From positions 19,552 through 83,551 of the forward strand of contig CAZHIM010000014.1 of assembly GCA_964532525.1 (NCBI GenBank): DNA of 64,000 nt. Direction: 5' to 3'. Every line of letters begins with the position of its first letter. Position 1 is the first letter of the stretch. Position numbers and translations under genes: made by a program. Under the pieces are notes generated by a model. It saw only the letters and a list, made by a program, of their open reading frames with translations, was not told where the DNA came from and made no database searches. The DNA is from an uncultured Bifidobacteriaceae bacterium (lineage in GTDB: Bacteria; Verrucomicrobiota; Verrucomicrobiia; Limisphaerales; UBA11358). This document shows positions 20,274 to 28,947 of the stretch, in pieces.

Positions 20274-20306
20274 CGTTGTTTGGCGCGTCTTCACGATTTC
20301 AGCCGC

Positions 20307-20981
20307 TCAAATGCCCGCGCCGCCGGAAACGGCCGCGCCGCCCCAACTGGCATGCAGGCCGCACTCGCGTTTTTCATCCGCCTTGGCCGGGTCGAAATAG
20401 TCCCACTCGTTGGGCAGGTTGTGTTCGCCCAGGTACTTTTCCAGGTCCGCATCGCTCCAGTAAAAGAGCGGGCTCACCTTGAGGGAATGGAAGTTGCGGT
20501 CCTCGCTCAAGATGTCCAGGCCGGCGCGGTTGGCGTTTTGGACCTTGCGCAAGGCGGTGAGCCAGACCACCGGGGCCAGTTCGCGCATGCCGCGCTGAAA
20601 CGGTTCGAGCTTCATGGTGGCGCTGAAGGCCTTGATGCGCGCCTCGTTTTCCGGGACGGGCTCGGGCATGCCGCCCAACACCGCGTCGTAATGCGCCGCC
20701 GTGCAGCGGGGCACGAACGGCTTGAGGTTCAACTTGAGCATGTTCTTTAGCAGCTCGGCGTGACGGTACGTGGCCGGGCGGTTGTAGCCGTGATCCACCC
20801 ACAGGACGGGGATGTCCGGATCCACCTGGGTGACCAGGTGCAGGATGACGGCTTCGTACGGCCGGAAATTGGTGGAAACGATGGCGCGGCCCTTCGCCAG
20901 GGCAATGGCCCAGCGGATGATGTCCAGCGGTGCTTGCGAATGCAGTTCGGCATTCGCCTTGGCCATCTGTTCGGTGGTCAT
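20307..20981 (-). CDS. cysH: Phosphoadenosine phosphosulfate (PAPS/APS) reductase family protein
   Basis: The ATG at 20981 gives MTTEQMAKANAELHSQAPLDIIRWA... with a C-terminal ECGLH motif. No CC...CxxC Fe-S cysteines are present. Confidence 0.85.
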   Translation of the reverse strand: MTTEQMAKANAELHSQAPLDIIRWAIALAKGRAIVSTNFRPYEAVILHLVTQVDPDIPVLWVDHGYNRPATYRHAELLKNMLKLNLKPFVPRCTAAHYDAVLGGMPEPVPENEARIKAFSATMKLEPFQRGMRELAPVVWLTALRKVQNANRAGLDILSEDRNFHSLKVSPLFYWSDADLEKYLGEHNLPNEWDYFDPAKADEKRECGLHASWGGAAVSGGAGI

Positions 20982-20985
20982 GGCC

Positions 20986-22665
20986 TCAGACTTTCGGGGC
21001 TTGCGGCAACAGCGCCCGCTGGCACCAGTCGCCAAAGCGTTCGCCGGGGTGGCGTTCGCTGGCAAAGCGCGTGAACAGCGGGCGGAACTCGGTTTCCAGG
21101 TCGGGTTCCTTGACCACGTCCTTCCACAGCCGGTTGAGCCGCGTGCCGGTCACATCGCCGCCCAGCCACACTTGGTAGCGGCCGGGGGATTTGCCCACCA
21201 GCCCGATCTCCGCCATGTAGGGCCGCGCGCAGCCGTTGGGGCAGCCGGTCACACGGATGATGATTTCCTCGCCGTCCAGCCCGGCTTCGGCGAGCAGTTT
21301 CTCGAAGCGGTCCACGAGCCCCGGCAGAATGCGTTCGCTTTCGGCCAGCGCCAGGCCGCAGGTGGGCAGCGCGGGGCAGGCCATCGAGGCGGCGTGCAAC
21401 CGGCTCGCCTGGTTTTCCGTCTTCACGCCGTAGGCCGAGAGCAGCATGGACACCGGGTGCTGGTCCGCGTCGCGGACGTTGGCGAGGATGACGTTTTGGT
21501 TGGCCGTGAGGCGAAACTCGATGTGTGGGAACGTGTCGGCCACGTGCCGCAGCGCGGTCTTCAACTTGTAGCCGCCGGCGTCCTTGATGCGCCCGGCGTT
21601 CACGAACAGGCCGAGAAACCAGGTTCCATCCACGGCCCGGCGCCAGTCCAGCAGGTCGGCGGTGGTGGTGAATTGATACGGCTTGGCGGGGGCGAACTTG
21701 AGGCCGGCGCGTTTTTCAATTTCCGCCCGCGCCCAGTCCGCGCCGCGCTCGGCGATGACGTATTTCAGGCGCGCGTGGCGGCGGTCGGTGCGGTCGCCAA
21801 AATCCCGGTGGATGGTGAGCGTGGCCCGGGCCACGTCCAGCACCCGGTCCGGCGGCACGAAGCCGATGACATCCGCCAGGCGCGGATAGGTGGCGTCGTT
21901 GCCGTGGCTGCGGCCCATGCCGCCGCCCACCGAGACGTTGTAGCCGGTGAGTTGGTCGTGTTCCACAATGGCGGTGAACCCGAGGCAGTTGGTGAACACG
22001 TCCAGGTCGTTTACGGGGGGAATGACAAATGCCACCTTGAATTTGCGGGGCAGATAGGTCTGGCCGTACAGCGGGTCCACGAAGTCCTTGTTTTCGTCCG
22101 CGTTCAAATCGAGCTGCCGGCCGTCAATCCAGATGGCGTGATAAGCCTTGGTCTGGGGGGCGAGGGCCAGCGCCACCGCGTGCGCGTGGGCATAAACCTG
22201 TTCGCGGGCGCGGGTGTAGGCGGGCGTGGGCGGGGCCAGGACGTTGCGGTTCACGTCGCCGCAGGCCGCGAGCGTGCTGAGCAGCGTGTCGTTGATGGCC
22301 TTGACCGCCGCGCGGAGGTTGTTTTTGACGACGCCGTGAAACTGGATGGTCTGGCGTGTGGTGACGCGCAGGGTGTGGTTGCCGTAGGTGGAGGCCAGGG
22401 CGTCAAACGCGGCGTATTGCCGGGCGGTCATGACGCCACCGGGAATCCGGCTGCGGATCATCATGATGTATTTCTTGCCGGTCTTGCGCAGATCGCGGTC
22501 GTCCTGCTGGTAACTGCCGTGAAATTTCAGGAACTGGTTGTCATCCTCGGAAAAATGGTCGGTGGCCGTGTCGGCCATGGTCGCCGCAATGGTACCAGCC
22601 AGGGTCGGAATGGCGGCCTTGATCTCTTCGTTGTGTGTCAATTTTACCGGTGCGTCTGCGCTCAT
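20986..22665 (-). CDS. cysI: Sulfite reductase hemoprotein (siroheme/4Fe-4S)
   Basis: FLKFHGSYQQDDRD, and Cys cluster MACPALPTCGLALAESE...VTGCPNGCARP. ATG at 22665; an alternative GTG lies at 22710. Confidence 0.9.
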   Translation of the reverse strand: MSADAPVKLTHNEEIKAAIPTLAGTIAATMADTATDHFSEDDNQFLKFHGSYQQDDRDLRKTGKKYIMMIRSRIPGGVMTARQYAAFDALASTYGNHTLRVTTRQTIQFHGVVKNNLRAAVKAINDTLLSTLAACGDVNRNVLAPPTPAYTRAREQVYAHAHAVALALAPQTKAYHAIWIDGRQLDLNADENKDFVDPLYGQTYLPRKFKVAFVIPPVNDLDVFTNCLGFTAIVEHDQLTGYNVSVGGGMGRSHGNDATYPRLADVIGFVPPDRVLDVARATLTIHRDFGDRTDRRHARLKYVIAERGADWARAEIEKRAGLKFAPAKPYQFTTTADLLDWRRAVDGTWFLGLFVNAGRIKDAGGYKLKTALRHVADTFPHIEFRLTANQNVILANVRDADQHPVSMLLSAYGVKTENQASRLHAASMACPALPTCGLALAESERILPGLVDRFEKLLAEAGLDGEEIIIRVTGCPNGCARPYMAEIGLVGKSPGRYQVWLGGDVTGTRLNRLWKDVVKEPDLETEFRPLFTRFASERHPGERFGDWCQRALLPQAPKV

Positions 22666-23111
22666 AAGCGAAAGTGCAGAATAACTTGTGATAAGCGCAT
22701 GTTCAAGCACAGCTTAAATGTGAATGCGGAAAGGGGGTGCTGAAGACCGGCACAAAAGCCATAAAAACCGAGGATGGAGGATGGAGTGTGGCCGGCCCGG
22801 GCGGGGGTGCCGAAAAGTTTTTAGGGTTGACGAGGGTTGACGATGGTGGGTTTTGCAGGGGTTTTCGCAGATTTTGGCGCACGAAATTGAGGTCTTTTTG
22901 GGGCTGGCGGGAGGGTGGGGAAGGGATGAGACCGATGCGACGAATGGGACCAAACGCCGAGGCGCGGAGACGCCGAGGTGAAATTGTGGGAGGCGGTGGA
23001 ACCAATGCGACGAATGGCTGCGCGGTGGCGGGACAAAGAAATCCTGCGGGCGGGCGCCGAGGGGGCGAACCGTCCGTGGCCGGACTCGATTGTGAGCATG
23101 GTGGCTCATCA

Positions 23112-23262
23112 TGGCGGGGGCGGTATCCCAGCCAGGGCGAGTTTAGCAGGGTTGGCGGATTCGCAAAGTTAGCGGCTAACGGGAAATGCGTAAATGGTTG
23201 GGAGGGAGGGGAATTTAGTTTCAAAAAACAGCTCAGGAGCGGGGGAGACGCGGCCAGCCGTT
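23112..23262. repeat. ~150-nt direct repeat, copy 1 (abuts the GH2 stop codon)
   Basis: Aligns by eye to 26472-26618. The shared core is ccagggcga..tagcaggg..ggcggat.cgcaaagttagcggctaacgggaaatg. Confidence 0.7.
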
Positions 23263-26200
23263 TTATTTATCCACAGGAAGGATATCCAGTTCGGCCAGCG
23301 AGGCGTACGGTTTTGACGAATCAAAGCTGCTGTTCGCCACCAGTTTCAAGAAACGCGCCTTGACCGGGGTGGCAAATTTGACCGTGTGCCATTGGGCGTC
23401 TTGCGGAAAGGTGCTCCGGGCTGCCGGCTCGCCCCAGTGCATGCCGTCGTCGCTGGTGAACACGGCGAAATCCTTGATCCAGCCGTTTTGGTTGTCGTCC
23501 TGTCGCGGCAGACATTTGATGCCGGCCAAGGTGGCGGGCTGAGACAGTTCGACGACCAGTTCATGCGGAAAATTCGGCGCGGCTCCATCCCAAGGCGTGT
23601 GCCACATCGTGTCCGCATCGCCATCGATGGCCTGGCCGGCGTCATATTGTTCCGACGCCTGGCTGTCGGCGTGGATCTTCGCGCCGAGCGCCTGAAGCCG
23701 GTTGGTGGTCTCTGACACAAATAGTTGGTCCAAGGTGCCGGCGGCGAGTTCCGCTTTCGGATTGAATGCGGCGGAGCCAAGGTAGGCGCAGAGGCTTTTG
23801 GCGAACTGCCGCGCGGCGGGACGGCTGGCCAGGTCGGAAGCGATGTCAATGGAGCAGACGAGAATTTTTCCCTTGGCAACGCGGGCCTCAAACACCGTGC
23901 CGAGCTTGTGGTTCCTCGCAAAGTTGTCAATCACCTGCACGAGCGGGCGGAAATCCGCCGGTGTTTCATCGAGGATCATCGGTCTGGAATGTTCCATCAG
24001 ATCGTGCCATTGCCAGTCGCTGTAAAAATCCGTCGGGAACTGCGCGAACAGCGGATGCTTCGGGTCGCAGAGAATGCCCATCGTGTCGGGCTGTTGCGAC
24101 GGGAACCACACCGGACTCCAGAACGTCGGCAGAAAACTTCCGCCAAGCGAATGGTGAAGGAACTTCTTCGCGGGCAAAAGCAAAACGGTCTTGCCGTCGG
24201 CGAGCGCGGCTTTCGTCGCCTCATCCCACGCGGTGCTGACGACAACGCCGGCGGGCGGCTGCGGCGCGGTTTCGTGGGGATAAACCCAGATGTTCCACCA
24301 GTTGGCAACCTTCGTTCCTTGCAATCCCACGGTGACGGTGAGCTGGCACGGCGCGGGGGCTTTCGCGAGCGATGCGCTGATGGCGCCGAGCGGCGAGAGT
24401 TTTCCCGTGGGCGCGGCCAGCGAATCCAGTTCGCCGCCGGCGATTTCCTTTCCGTGCTGGTCGGAGATTTTCCAGAACGGCTTAGCGCCGGCGAGGTCCT
24501 GCGCGCCGTAATTGGCAAGATCGGCGGTGGCGGAAAAGGTTTCATTGGCGGTGTAAGTGCGCTTGGGCATCCGCAACAGGGGAACAACCGGACTGCAGAA
24601 CCGGCGGAACTGCTTGGGCGTGATGAAGCCCTTGGAATCCCAGAAGGCGTCCAGCAGGCCGATGGTGGCCGTGCCCTGGGTTGGATAATCGTGCAGGTCG
24701 AGCAGCGAAAAGCCGCCGTAGCCCGGCGTGCGCAGCAGGACTTCAATTTCCTCCTTGTACAGCAGCGTGGCCTGCCGGCCCGTTGCCTTGGCGAATGCCG
24801 GCGCGAGGTCGAGCATCCCCTTGGTCTTCAGATCGTCGCGGATGGCCTCGTAGTTTTTCAACGCCATCACCCCGGACCATTTTTTGATCTCGGCGAAATC
24901 AGGGTAATAGACCCACTGTCCGATTTCGTGGCCGATGATTGGCCGGCTGTCGCGGGCGACGAACTCGCGTAAATCGCGCAGAGTGGCCGGCCCTTGCGCG
25001 CCGCGCCCGCTGCCGTCTTCAGTCCATTGCCGGTTAGGAGTGGTGGAATCCGACCACGACGACGGCGACGAATAAAGATGGCGCGGGTCGCGGTGAATCA
25101 GCATATCCACCCAGCGGGTGAGCAAGGCGCGATTGCCGCCATATTCGTTGCCGAGCGTCATCAGGCAGAACGAGGGATGATTCCCGTAAGTATCCACCAT
25201 CCGCTTGAACTCCGCCTCGACGAACGCATCGCGTTTCGGGTCCGTACCAGCGTCCACATTCGCCTGCGGCCCCTCGGCTTGAATCATGATGCCTTCGAGG
25301 TCCGCCGCCGCAAACGCGGCCTCCGGCGGGCACCACGAATGGAAGCGGATGAAATTCAGGCCGTAGGATTTTTCAATCTGGAAAATCCGCCGCCAGGCCG
25401 CCACATCCGTCGGCGGGTAGCCGGTGAGCGGCCAGACCGAACATTCCAACGTTCCGCGCATAAACACCGGACGACCATTCATCGCGAATTGCGTGCCGCG
25501 GGCTGCAAACTTTCTCATGCCAAAACACACCGTGCGCTGGTCGTCGCCAAGTTTCACCGTCAACTCGCTCAGGTTTGGCGAGAACTCATCCCACAACTTC
25601 GCGGTGCTCATGTCCACATTCATCTCGGCACTGCCGCCGGTTTCATCCCATGTTGCTTCGACCGTCTGCCTGTCTGCGCTCAATTTTCCGTGTCCGGCCT
25701 TGCCGGTGGCATTGCCGATCTTGACCACCACGCGCGCCAGTTTTTTATCCACGTCGGGATACACCTGCACGTCGTCAATCCACAGCGGCGGTGTGGCGGC
25801 CAGTTCGATGCGGCCGACGATGCCGTTCAGGTTGCCCCAGGTGCCGCCGAACAAGGCGGACACGAAATCGCCGAGGTTGATCTTGACGGTGTTGTCCACA
25901 CAGATCGTCAGCCGGTGTTGGCCCGGCGCGAGGCCCGTGCCGAAGTCATAAACATGCGGTGCAATCAGGCTGTCCTGCGAGCCGATGCGTTGGCCGTCCA
26001 GCCAGACCGTCGTGACCCAGCGGCAGCGCTCCAGGAAGAGCGTGACCCGTTTTCCCCGCCAGGCCGCCGGAATCTCGAGGTCGCGCTGGTACCACGCCGG
26101 CCCGGCGTAGTCGTAAAGCCGGTAAGGTCCGGCCAGCACGCCGTGCTGGTTGGCTAACTCAGGCGGTCTGGGATTTTTGGGGCCGAGGCCGGCGGCATCC

Positions 26201-26367
26201 ATCGTGCCGGGCAGATGAATCTTCTGTCTCAATTCCGCAGGGCATTTTTCTGAACTTACCCCGGCGACGTCAAACCGCCACTCGCCTGCCAGCGAAAGGG
26301 TTTGGGCGGATCCGCGTTGACAATGAAGGCCGGTCAAGACAGATAGAATAAAGATGAGTTTTCTCAT
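23263..26367 (-). CDS. Glycoside hydrolase family 2-like protein with C-terminal F5/8 type C (discoidin) domain
   Basis: Signal peptide and GH2 sugar-binding-like N-terminus (AWYQRDLEIPAAWRGKRVTLFLERCRWVTTVWLDGQRIG). TIM-barrel segment (NFIRFHSWCPPE...MTLGNE). Discoidin-like C-terminus (AIDGDADTMWHTPW...ARFLKLV). Confidence 0.8.
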   Translation of the reverse strand: MRKLIFILSVLTGLHCQRGSAQTLSLAGEWRFDVAGVSSEKCPAELRQKIHLPGTMDAAGLGPKNPRPPELANQHGVLAGPYRLYDYAGPAWYQRDLEIPAAWRGKRVTLFLERCRWVTTVWLDGQRIGSQDSLIAPHVYDFGTGLAPGQHRLTICVDNTVKINLGDFVSALFGGTWGNLNGIVGRIELAATPPLWIDDVQVYPDVDKKLARVVVKIGNATGKAGHGKLSADRQTVEATWDETGGSAEMNVDMSTAKLWDEFSPNLSELTVKLGDDQRTVCFGMRKFAARGTQFAMNGRPVFMRGTLECSVWPLTGYPPTDVAAWRRIFQIEKSYGLNFIRFHSWCPPEAAFAAADLEGIMIQAEGPQANVDAGTDPKRDAFVEAEFKRMVDTYGNHPSFCLMTLGNEYGGNRALLTRWVDMLIHRDPRHLYSSPSSWSDSTTPNRQWTEDGSGRGAQGPATLRDLREFVARDSRPIIGHEIGQWVYYPDFAEIKKWSGVMALKNYEAIRDDLKTKGMLDLAPAFAKATGRQATLLYKEEIEVLLRTPGYGGFSLLDLHDYPTQGTATIGLLDAFWDSKGFITPKQFRRFCSPVVPLLRMPKRTYTANETFSATADLANYGAQDLAGAKPFWKISDQHGKEIAGGELDSLAAPTGKLSPLGAISASLAKAPAPCQLTVTVGLQGTKVANWWNIWVYPHETAPQPPAGVVVSTAWDEATKAALADGKTVLLLPAKKFLHHSLGGSFLPTFWSPVWFPSQQPDTMGILCDPKHPLFAQFPTDFYSDWQWHDLMEHSRPMILDETPADFRPLVQVIDNFARNHKLGTVFEARVAKGKILVCSIDIASDLASRPAARQFAKSLCAYLGSAAFNPKAELAAGTLDQLFVSETTNRLQALGAKIHADSQASEQYDAGQAIDGDADTMWHTPWDGAAPNFPHELVVELSQPATLAGIKCLPRQDDNQNGWIKDFAVFTSDDGMHWGEPAARSTFPQDAQWHTVKFATPVKARFLKLVANSSFDSSKPYASLAELDILPVDK

Positions 26368-26471
26368 GTCATTGTTTTCTAAATACTTTTCGGGTCAGTG
26401 TAAATGGTCTTTCTTCCCTCCGCCTTTGCCCTCTGGGGAGAGGCGGAGATGCCGGCGCCAAACCGGCTCAG

Positions 26472-26618
26472 GTGGCGGGGGCGGTTTCACAGCCAGGGCG
26501 ATTCTAGCAGGGCAGGCGGATCCGCAAAGTTAGCGGCTAACGGGAAATGTGGAAGTGGTTGGGCGGAAGGTGAATGCAGTTCCAAGAAAAACGAGGTCGG
26601 GAGCGAGGAGACCAGCCG
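26472..26618. repeat. ~150-nt direct repeat, copy 2 (upstream of the GH2 start)
   Basis: See copy 1. Same orientation. Confidence 0.7.
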
Positions 26619-26715
26619 TTCCGTGGGTGAGCTCTTTTTCGGCGATTACCAGGCGGATCCGTCTTGGCGCCTCTTGGAGCGCAAATGTCAGGCTGCACGA
26701 ATGGATGAAATCGTG

Positions 26716-27029
26716 GGTTCTTCGCTGTTTTCAGTGGAATAGCTAAAACGAAGTTGCCTTGGAGTTCCCGAATTCTCGGGACATAACCCAAACAATTCCT
26801 CTTTGAAAAAGGTGAACTTCAAAGCTGGGATGGTTGAACAAAAAATAACACATACCCGCATTGAAGCCCCGCAATGCGGGTATGTGGATTTTAGAATTCA
26901 TCCGTCGATTTGTCGAGTCGATAATTCAATGAACCCTGCTTTCCACCTCCAAATAAGGCGGTTTAAATCTCACAGATTCCTGAGGCATTGGATTCGTAAA
27001 GTGTATTCCACTGAAAACAGCGAAGAACC
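26716..27029. mobile_element. MITE-like element with 25-bp perfect terminal inverted repeats
   Basis: ggttcttcgctgttttcagtggaat (26716-26740) is the exact reverse complement of attccactgaaaacagcgaagaacc (27005-27029). The 264-nt A/T-richer interior has no credible ORF. A third partial copy of the terminus lies at 28011-28029. Confidence 0.5.
26849..26893. terminator. Strong hairpin with flanking T-runs on both strands (bidirectional intrinsic terminator candidate)
   Basis: 15-bp perfect stem cacatacccgcattg / caatgcgggtatgtg with an 8-nt loop. It is followed by gatttt on the plus strand and by ttattttttg on the minus strand. Confidence 0.5.
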
Positions 27030-27136
27030 AAATCCGGTAACTGACTAGCACCAAGCAGTATATGAAAGAAAACGAGCCATGTTATGGATTGACCCCTTTC
27101 GTGGGCGCCCGCCCGGCTCCGACTCCGGCGATTTTG

Positions 27137-27415
27137 TTAAGCGTTCGATTTCTTACGTCTGGGTGAAAGTAATAACGCTAGACCAAGCACGATGGAAACA
27201 ATAAAAACAGCCTGGAACCAAAGTGGAAAATGCACCGAGTAAACTGACGCGGTCGCAATGTTCGTGTTTGAACTGGAAGAAAACGTCTGGTTGGACTCCA
27301 AAGTTTCGGGAAAGACATGAAACAAAACCAGTAAAGTCGAGCCCACAAATGGCGCTCCAATGAGGGCTGCACCAATCCATCTACGTTCAGAAGTTTTCAT
27401 GTGTGTTAACGACAC
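27137..27415 (-). CDS. Small two-TM membrane protein (hypothetical) in a low-GC islet
   Basis: Two hydrophobic helices (WIGAALIGAPFVGSTLLVLF; FQAVFIVSIVLGLALLL) and a basic C-terminus. The likely ATG is at 27400. Composition is atypical for this genome. Confidence 0.4.
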   Translation of the reverse strand: MSLTHMKTSERRWIGAALIGAPFVGSTLLVLFHVFPETLESNQTFSSSSNTNIATASVYSVHFPLWFQAVFIVSIVLGLALLLSPRRKKSNA

Positions 27416-27828
27416 CTGTTATTCACGAACTGCCGTCTCGTATTGAAATCGACGTTTCGGTAAATGCAAGAGTTATAAACCATTCATATTCCACGATTCC
27501 ATGCCTGATTAAACGACTGGCGGATCGTTTTGCCAAACCAACTTTAATCATGCGCCCCAAAGGAGGCAAGCGCTTGTCAACGGACGCTTCTGGCCGCCTT
27601 CGGGGTGCGGGAAAATTTGGGGGACGTTTCCCGGCGGTGTCGCTCCCGATGGTCGCTCAACCGCCGGCTACTATCTGGAACGCCTTCGGCGTTCAGGGGC
27701 GCGGAGGGCATTGCCTATGGAGTGTGCGGATATGTGCGCGGATATGTCCGCGTCTTGGAACTGGCAGACATGTCGCCGCACTCCACATGATGCCTCGCGC
27801 AATTACGAGCCGCCCGGCAAGTCCGTGC

Positions 27829-27962
27829 GCGTCATGGACTGCGCCGGCAGAGCGCCAGCGGCGACGGCGCTTTCGCCCGCCCGCGCGAGCCGCGAGCTTT
27901 TAAGCACCGTTGCCCGCACGAAAGCGGCGTGGCGCTTCGCTTCCCGCCGCAGTCCATGACGC
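27829..27962. repeat. REP-like element (family B) bounded by 15-bp inverted repeats
   Basis: gcgtcatggactgcg (27829-27843) and cgcagtccatgacgc (27948-27962). The flanking motif cgcgcaatt.cga.c.gcc recurs at about 27795 and about 27965. Confidence 0.6.
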
Positions 27963-28036
27963 CCCGCGCAATTCCGACGCCCCGCCGCCGTTCCCCATGG
28001 CCGCTCAGTTTTCCACTGAAAACAGCGAAAGCGGGC

Positions 28037-28897
28037 TCAGGTGGCGGGCACGAATTTTTGGAGCCACTTGGTGAGGCCGAACAAGGGCAGAAACACCAGG
28101 GCGCTGAACCACGGGGGGATTTGCGGCGCCACGGCCAGCCAATCCACCAGCACGATGCCGGCCAGGAGGCTGCTGACGATCCAGCCGATATTGGGCTGAT
28201 GGCCGAAGAAAATGAAGCGCACATAGCGCACGACCCACAGCACCAGCAACAGGGAGATCCAGAGCACGGGCAGGCGGAAGGGGCCGGCATTGATGGCCAG
28301 GGCCAGGAGCACGGGCGCGGCCAGCAATCCCAGCGGCCAGAGGGCCACCCGGCTGCGGGAGCTTTCGCCGCGGGCGAGATAGGTCAGGCCCACGACGTAC
28401 AGGGCCAGGGCCGCGCCGCCGAAAACCGTGAAGCCGTTCAAGCCCTCCAGGCCCGTGGCGCCGGCGATGATATAGACCCAGAACCGGCACGCGCCCATCA
28501 ACCAGGGCGAAGCCATCAAGAACTTGTGCGTGAAATCATAGAGCACGATGAACAGGGCGAGGATCATGGCGGCGACGGCGGCCACCTTGCCGCAGCCCAG
28601 CAGCAGGAGGATGCCAAGGGCGAGCTGGCCGAAGCCGAAGCGCCAGACGGCGGCGGCGGAGATTTTGCCCGAGGGAATGGGCCGCTCCGGCCGGCGCAGG
28701 CGGTCGAATTCCTGGTCGAAGGCGTCATTCAAAAACATGCCGCCGGTGTACAACAGGCTCACCCCCAGGAAGAGCAGGGGCAGTTTTCCGGAATTTCCGC
28801 CCCCGCCCAGCCACCAGGCGGCCAGGCAGTTGGACCAGACGGTCGGCAGGTTGGAAACGCGGCCCAGCACCACCAGGGTACGAAACCTTTGGTTCAT
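28037..28897 (-). CDS. UbiA-family aromatic prenyltransferase
   Basis: The ATG at 28897 gives MNQRFRTLVVLGRVSNLPTVWSNCLAAWWLGGG...NDAFDQEFDRLRRPERPIPSG (Asp-rich motif NDxxDxxxD), with multiple TM helices. Confidence 0.85.
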   Translation of the reverse strand: MNQRFRTLVVLGRVSNLPTVWSNCLAAWWLGGGGNSGKLPLLFLGVSLLYTGGMFLNDAFDQEFDRLRRPERPIPSGKISAAAVWRFGFGQLALGILLLLGCGKVAAVAAMILALFIVLYDFTHKFLMASPWLMGACRFWVYIIAGATGLEGLNGFTVFGGAALALYVVGLTYLARGESSRSRVALWPLGLLAAPVLLALAINAGPFRLPVLWISLLLVLWVVRYVRFIFFGHQPNIGWIVSSLLAGIVLVDWLAVAPQIPPWFSALVFLPLFGLTKWLQKFVPAT

Positions 28898-28947
28898 CGG
28901 GGGCGAATGAAAGCAAAAACCGGCGGGTGTGAAAAGGAAGTTTGGAT

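Noticed and set aside
22703-23363. ORFs of 92-208 aa in the cysI upstream / GH2 downstream region
   Set aside because: They overlap each other in several frames, are composed of repeat sequence, and translate to low-complexity Pro/Arg/Gly strings.
26803-27048. 81-aa ORF inside the MITE-like element
   Set aside because: It has a TTG start, spans the 15-bp-stem terminator hairpin and one terminal inverted repeat, and has odd composition. It is more likely non-coding.
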